Position numbers and translations under genes: made by a program. This document shows, one piece after another, positions 59,684 to 64,000 of a DNA stretch of 64,000 bases (position 1 is the stretch's first letter; each line of letters begins with the position of its first letter). The notes beneath the pieces are model-generated. The model was not told the DNA's origin. It searched no databases and was given only the letters and a program-made list of their open reading frames with translations. Location of the stretch: NCBI RefSeq assembly GCF_902459465.1, contig NC_047073.1, positions 14,756,001 through 14,820,000 on the forward strand. The letters are read 5' to 3'. Origin of the DNA: Asterias rubens. Its lineage: Eukaryota.

Positions 59684-62600
59684 ATGAACCGCATGATGTC
59701 TCTTCACTGCGTGTTTCGAGCAACTGCCGTTCTCCTCTTGTCAGTTCTGTCAACATTCCCAATTGTGGTGTCTGCTTTAGATGGTAAATATTTATTAAAA
59801 TACATAGATTGCAAAACAAAAGTTTTGACCCTAGCAGAGTCTTTCTCGAAGGCTAAATGACAACACAAAAAAAATCAGGTAACGCAACATAAGCAGTGAA
59901 TTGGAAATAAATTAATAGAGAGAGAGAGTCGGAAAGCACACAGAAAAAAGTAAGAGGTAAACAATGAAAAGGGAGACGAGAAAGCCTCTTCTAGAGGTGA
60001 AATGTCAGGCCATTAGGCCAAGTAAAAAAGGAAACAAGTTTAGCGTCACCACCCGCTTCCTTTTCACAGGCCGCCTCCTTTTTAATTTTTTTATGCACAT
60101 TTTTTATGCACATTTTTTTATTATTTTGTTTTGTTTGTTAAATAGGGTTATTTTAAATGATCTCAGCAAAAACAATCTGAATGTCTTGTCTGAATGCCTC
60201 GACTAAATTGTTTCATTTATGTTTTATGTATTTCAGCAGTAGAAAAAACATTGGATATTAATTTGACATTTTAACAAAGAATGGCGGCCATCTTGAAATA
60301 AAAAATAAAAAATATAATGCCCCTCTTCCTCCTTTTTTGAAAAACCCGGACCTGAAACATGTTTTTTTTACTCGCCTTAGCCTAGAAATATTTTTTCTTA
60401 AATTTATACCATACAAGGTCATTTTGGGTTGGTAAGCAGTTTGCAATTCAGCTAATTCTATTTTCTTATTTACATATTATGTCTTAAATGATTTGAATTG
60501 AACAAAGAACAATTTACTAAAGCGGGGTTTGAACCAACAACCTTTGGATTAACTTGCAGGCATTTTACCAACTGAGCTATCTAGCCTTATGTTGGCAGTC
60601 TCCTTTTTATTGATAAAAAACAAGGGAGACTGCGGACATAGGGCAGAAGGGCCAGATAGCTCTGTTGGAGGAGCATGTTAGTCCAGAGGTCGTTGGTTCA
60701 AATCATGCTCTAGTCAATTTTGTCTCTGTTCAACCCATATAATTTTCCCAGTCAGTTTCCCTTGTGGTTTATTATTTATTTATTTGGTAATTGCTCCAAC
60801 GGTTAATGATCAATGTTCTTCGGAGCACTGGATGGTGAGCTTTTGTTTATTAAGAATCATTGGTAAAAAGGACACCCTTTGAGGTTATTTTTGCACCCAA
60901 AAAAACTTTGAATCTAAGAAAAGCGAGAGGCTTTCATAATTCAAAAATCAGTTATTAAATGTCAAAGTTCTTTGTCTGTCTTCCCTCATCAGTGTGATCT
61001 GGAATCTCAATTACTTTTTTGTACATTTAATATAATCATATTGGCACTTTTTAGGTGTAAAGACATTTGGGATCTTTCAACTCCAATTTGAAGGGATTGC
61101 ATATATTTACCTTATTTTAATTTAATATCATCATTGGAAAGATCCGATCTTTCTTGATAAAAACAGGATTACCAACCAAATTTCCACTTGTTGCATATTG
61201 CTTGTTACTGGTATTCAGCTGTTGTTTGCATATCCTGATAATCACGTGGAAATTTGGTTGGTAATCCTGTTTTTATCCAGGAAGAAATTTCATGCTAAGC
61301 AAATTTTTGTGCTTAGCAGCTCTATGAAATTGGGCCCTGGTAATTAAGCTTGGGTATGGAGGGTGAACATGGACAAAAATACGATGGCCCTTGTGCTCAG
61401 GCTTGAGTGCTTTTTGTGTGTAAGCTTAATATTAAAGAGGTTAAGCTGTGGCTAAAATCAAGTAACTTTTGATACATTAGATGTTAAATTTGCATCGGGG
61501 ATAAAGAATATTAATTTTTTTGCCTCTAGCTGCCGGGCAACCTCGGTAGTCTAGTTGGTAAGACACTGCTCTAGAATTGCAAGGGTCGTGGGTTCGAATC
61601 CCACCCGAGTAACATGCCTGTGATATTTTTTTCACAGGACTCGGGAAAGTACTGAGTATACAGTGCTAACACACATCGGTGTATGGGTAAAAACCAAAAT
61701 TAATACTTTGATACATTGTTAGTAATAAAATTATGTCTTCTTTTAAACAGGTTATGTGGAGCCAGGGAGAAGTGGAGAACCTGTGTTGGTTGAACAGGGT
61801 ACCGACCTACACCTGAACTGCACCCTAAGCAATGTGACGCAGCCTGGCGACCAAACGGCCGCGGACATAGTGTGGTACCGAGGCTCACAAGCTGTCCCTA
61901 CAGACTGTTACTCCGCAATCAGTGAGAGTGTGTCGCAGCTTTCGTTGATGAATGTCACGTTTGATCAGAGCTCTTCCTATTCGTGCGGCTTCCCAGAGGA
62001 TGGTATTTTAATGAAGATTTGGGTTGAAGTTTTAGTTGGAAGTAAGTGATGAAAAATATTCTTGAAAAAAATCTATGTAACGTGCCCCTGGTGGCAGTTG
62101 ATTAAAAGACCCTGGACTCTATTGGTAATTGTCAAAGACCAGTCCACTTGGTGTAACTCAACAAATCTGTGAAAGTTTTAGCTCAATTGGTTGTCCAAGT
62201 TGCGAGATAATAATGAAAGAAAAAAACACCTTGCCACACGAAGTTGTGTGATTTCAGATGCTTGATTTCGAGACCTCAAATTCTAAATCTGAGGTCTCGT
62301 AATCAAATTTGCGAAAAATTACTTCTTTTTCGAAAACTACGTCACTTCAGGGATTTCTCACAATGTTTTATACTATCAACCTCTCCCCATTACTCGTTAC
62401 CAAGTAAGGTTTTGTGCTAATAATTATTTTGAGTAATTACCAATAGTGTCCACTGTTGCAATATGCATAAAGTTGTTTATTGACCTTTGACCTTTCGTGT
62501 GTTGCATTAAACGTTTCCGGGTGTTAGCTTAAACCAGTGACTAGTGTCTACAATCTTGTGTACCTAAAATCATTGTTTACTAACTAAAGTATGAAGCATA

Positions 62601-63683
62601 GCATATTGAAACATCCACTGCCTTTAACGCAGTCAAGTGGAGAATGAAGTATAGCCATCTGGCCTTGTGAAGTAAATCATGCAAAATCTCCTTTGTTTCA
62701 CCCTAAATTTAAATCAAAGGAGCTGTAAAACTTAGTCCAAGGCAGAAACTCTCCAAAAACAAACAGAACTTAAAAATTAAAAAACTTGTAATTTTGCAGC
62801 AAAACCCGAGCCTGTTAAGCTGGAATGCATAATCCGTAATCCTGACGAGTATCGATGTAACTGGGTAGAAACAACGAAAACAAATCTTCGGACAACTCAT
62901 CATTTTCAGTTCCGAATGTAAGTAATTTCACAATAGTGCTGCAATGCAAGACTTTGGAATGCTAGATGGAAGACAAATCCTCACTGTTACCGTAACTGTA
63001 AACCATTTTACCAAACTCTCACTTTTGCGTTTTCACTCTTATCCACACGAAGATTTGCCAATTTTTATTTTGTATTACATAGCGCCGGCGCTACATAGCG
63101 TTGGGCGGGGCCAAAAATTACCTCGCTGCGTTTTTGTGATTTGAAAGAGGCAATTTGTGTGACCTGGATAAATTTTAGTTTTCACAAACAGACACTCTTC
63201 ATTTGCGCATTGGTTTGTTTACAACCCGCGTTTAATTACTCATTAAGTACTGTGATTTAAATTAAAATAAAACGTTGCCATGGTTTAGGATCGCCACTTT
63301 CATCCTTGGAAAAATTTCAACGTTGAAATGGCAAACAGTTTCCCAAATAATGATTTTAAAAATAACACTTCATACGCCATTCTCTCATGAAAAATTTGCT
63401 GCAGGGGCAAAGCTGCGTCTTAGTGAAAACAGTGGCGAAACAACAAATTACCACTAATTTTAAGAGTGATTACCAATGGAAACCTTCCCTGTCTAAATTG
63501 TTCTTTTTAGATTCAATGATGATTATTGGAGAGACTGCCCATGTCAAACTTGTGAGCAAACTACATGTACCTGCTTTATTGGAATCGCTCACAATAGCGG
63601 AGGTCGACAAGAGGTCCGAGTCACCACGACAAATGCACTCGGTGAAGCCGTCACGACTCTGTCCTTCGACCCTTACAACGATG
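59684..63683 (+). CDS. Class I cytokine receptor, gp130/domeless-like (5' four coding exons; continues beyond window)
   Basis: Exons 59684-59783 (signal peptide), 61751-62041 (Ig-like D1: LNCTL...IVWY...YSC...VLVG), 62800-62917 (KPEPVKLECIIRNPDEYRCNW, the C-x9-C-x-W signature) and 63511-63683 (C...C...VRVTTTNALG...FDP). All are GT-AG and in frame. The order parallels gp130 D1-D2. Confidence 0.88.
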
Positions 63684-64000
63684 GTAGGTTATAAACCAAC
63701 AAATCAGAACCTACCAATCTGTAGAGCTCTGACTATCCTTTATAAACAGTGCCAATACTAGCCCTTTTCACACGCAGGAAGAAAGCAGGTGGTCCACGGT
63801 CATAAAAACACAAGGTTGTCAAATCCACATGGTGTGAACCTGCTCTCCATAAACAAAGGTCTATGGTTTTAATGAGGGAATATAAGAGAGGCAACAAGGT
63901 ACTGTTAGGGTCCTGGTTGTTTGATAAAGGACTGAGCCAAAGGCATTCATCTGGTTGGGATACGAACCCACAACCTTTGCCATTCTAGAGCACAGGTTTT

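Overview
This is eukaryotic, intron-rich, AT-rich genomic DNA with one 158-N gap (43377-43534). The repeat families and gene content suggest an invertebrate deuterostome, probably a sea star (inference, not verified). I reconstructed genes by hand from GT-AG splice sites and frame continuity. In order they are: (1) two or three orphan exons resembling the pre-catalytic linker of USP37, directly upstream of (2) the 3' six exons of the PIF1 helicase (+); (3) a complete 7-exon PAXX gene (-, 202 aa); (4) a cluster of NAA80-like GNAT acetyltransferases, with two intact intronless copies, one copy interrupted by a TSD-flanked retro-insertion, and one inverted deleted fragment; (5) a 16-exon secreted protein with 14 group-A SRCR domains (-, about 1529 aa); (6) a 3-exon secreted precursor (signal peptide, Pro/Gly/Ser peptide, RRRR, two EF-hands); (7) the first four coding exons of a gp130/domeless-like class I cytokine receptor, which runs off the window. 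Introns and intergenic DNA are dense with MITEs, TTAA-flanked (Kolobok-like) elements, tRNA-derived SINEs and micro/minisatellites. No true tRNA, rRNA or CRISPR was found. Family assignments come from recalled motifs; no database search was run.
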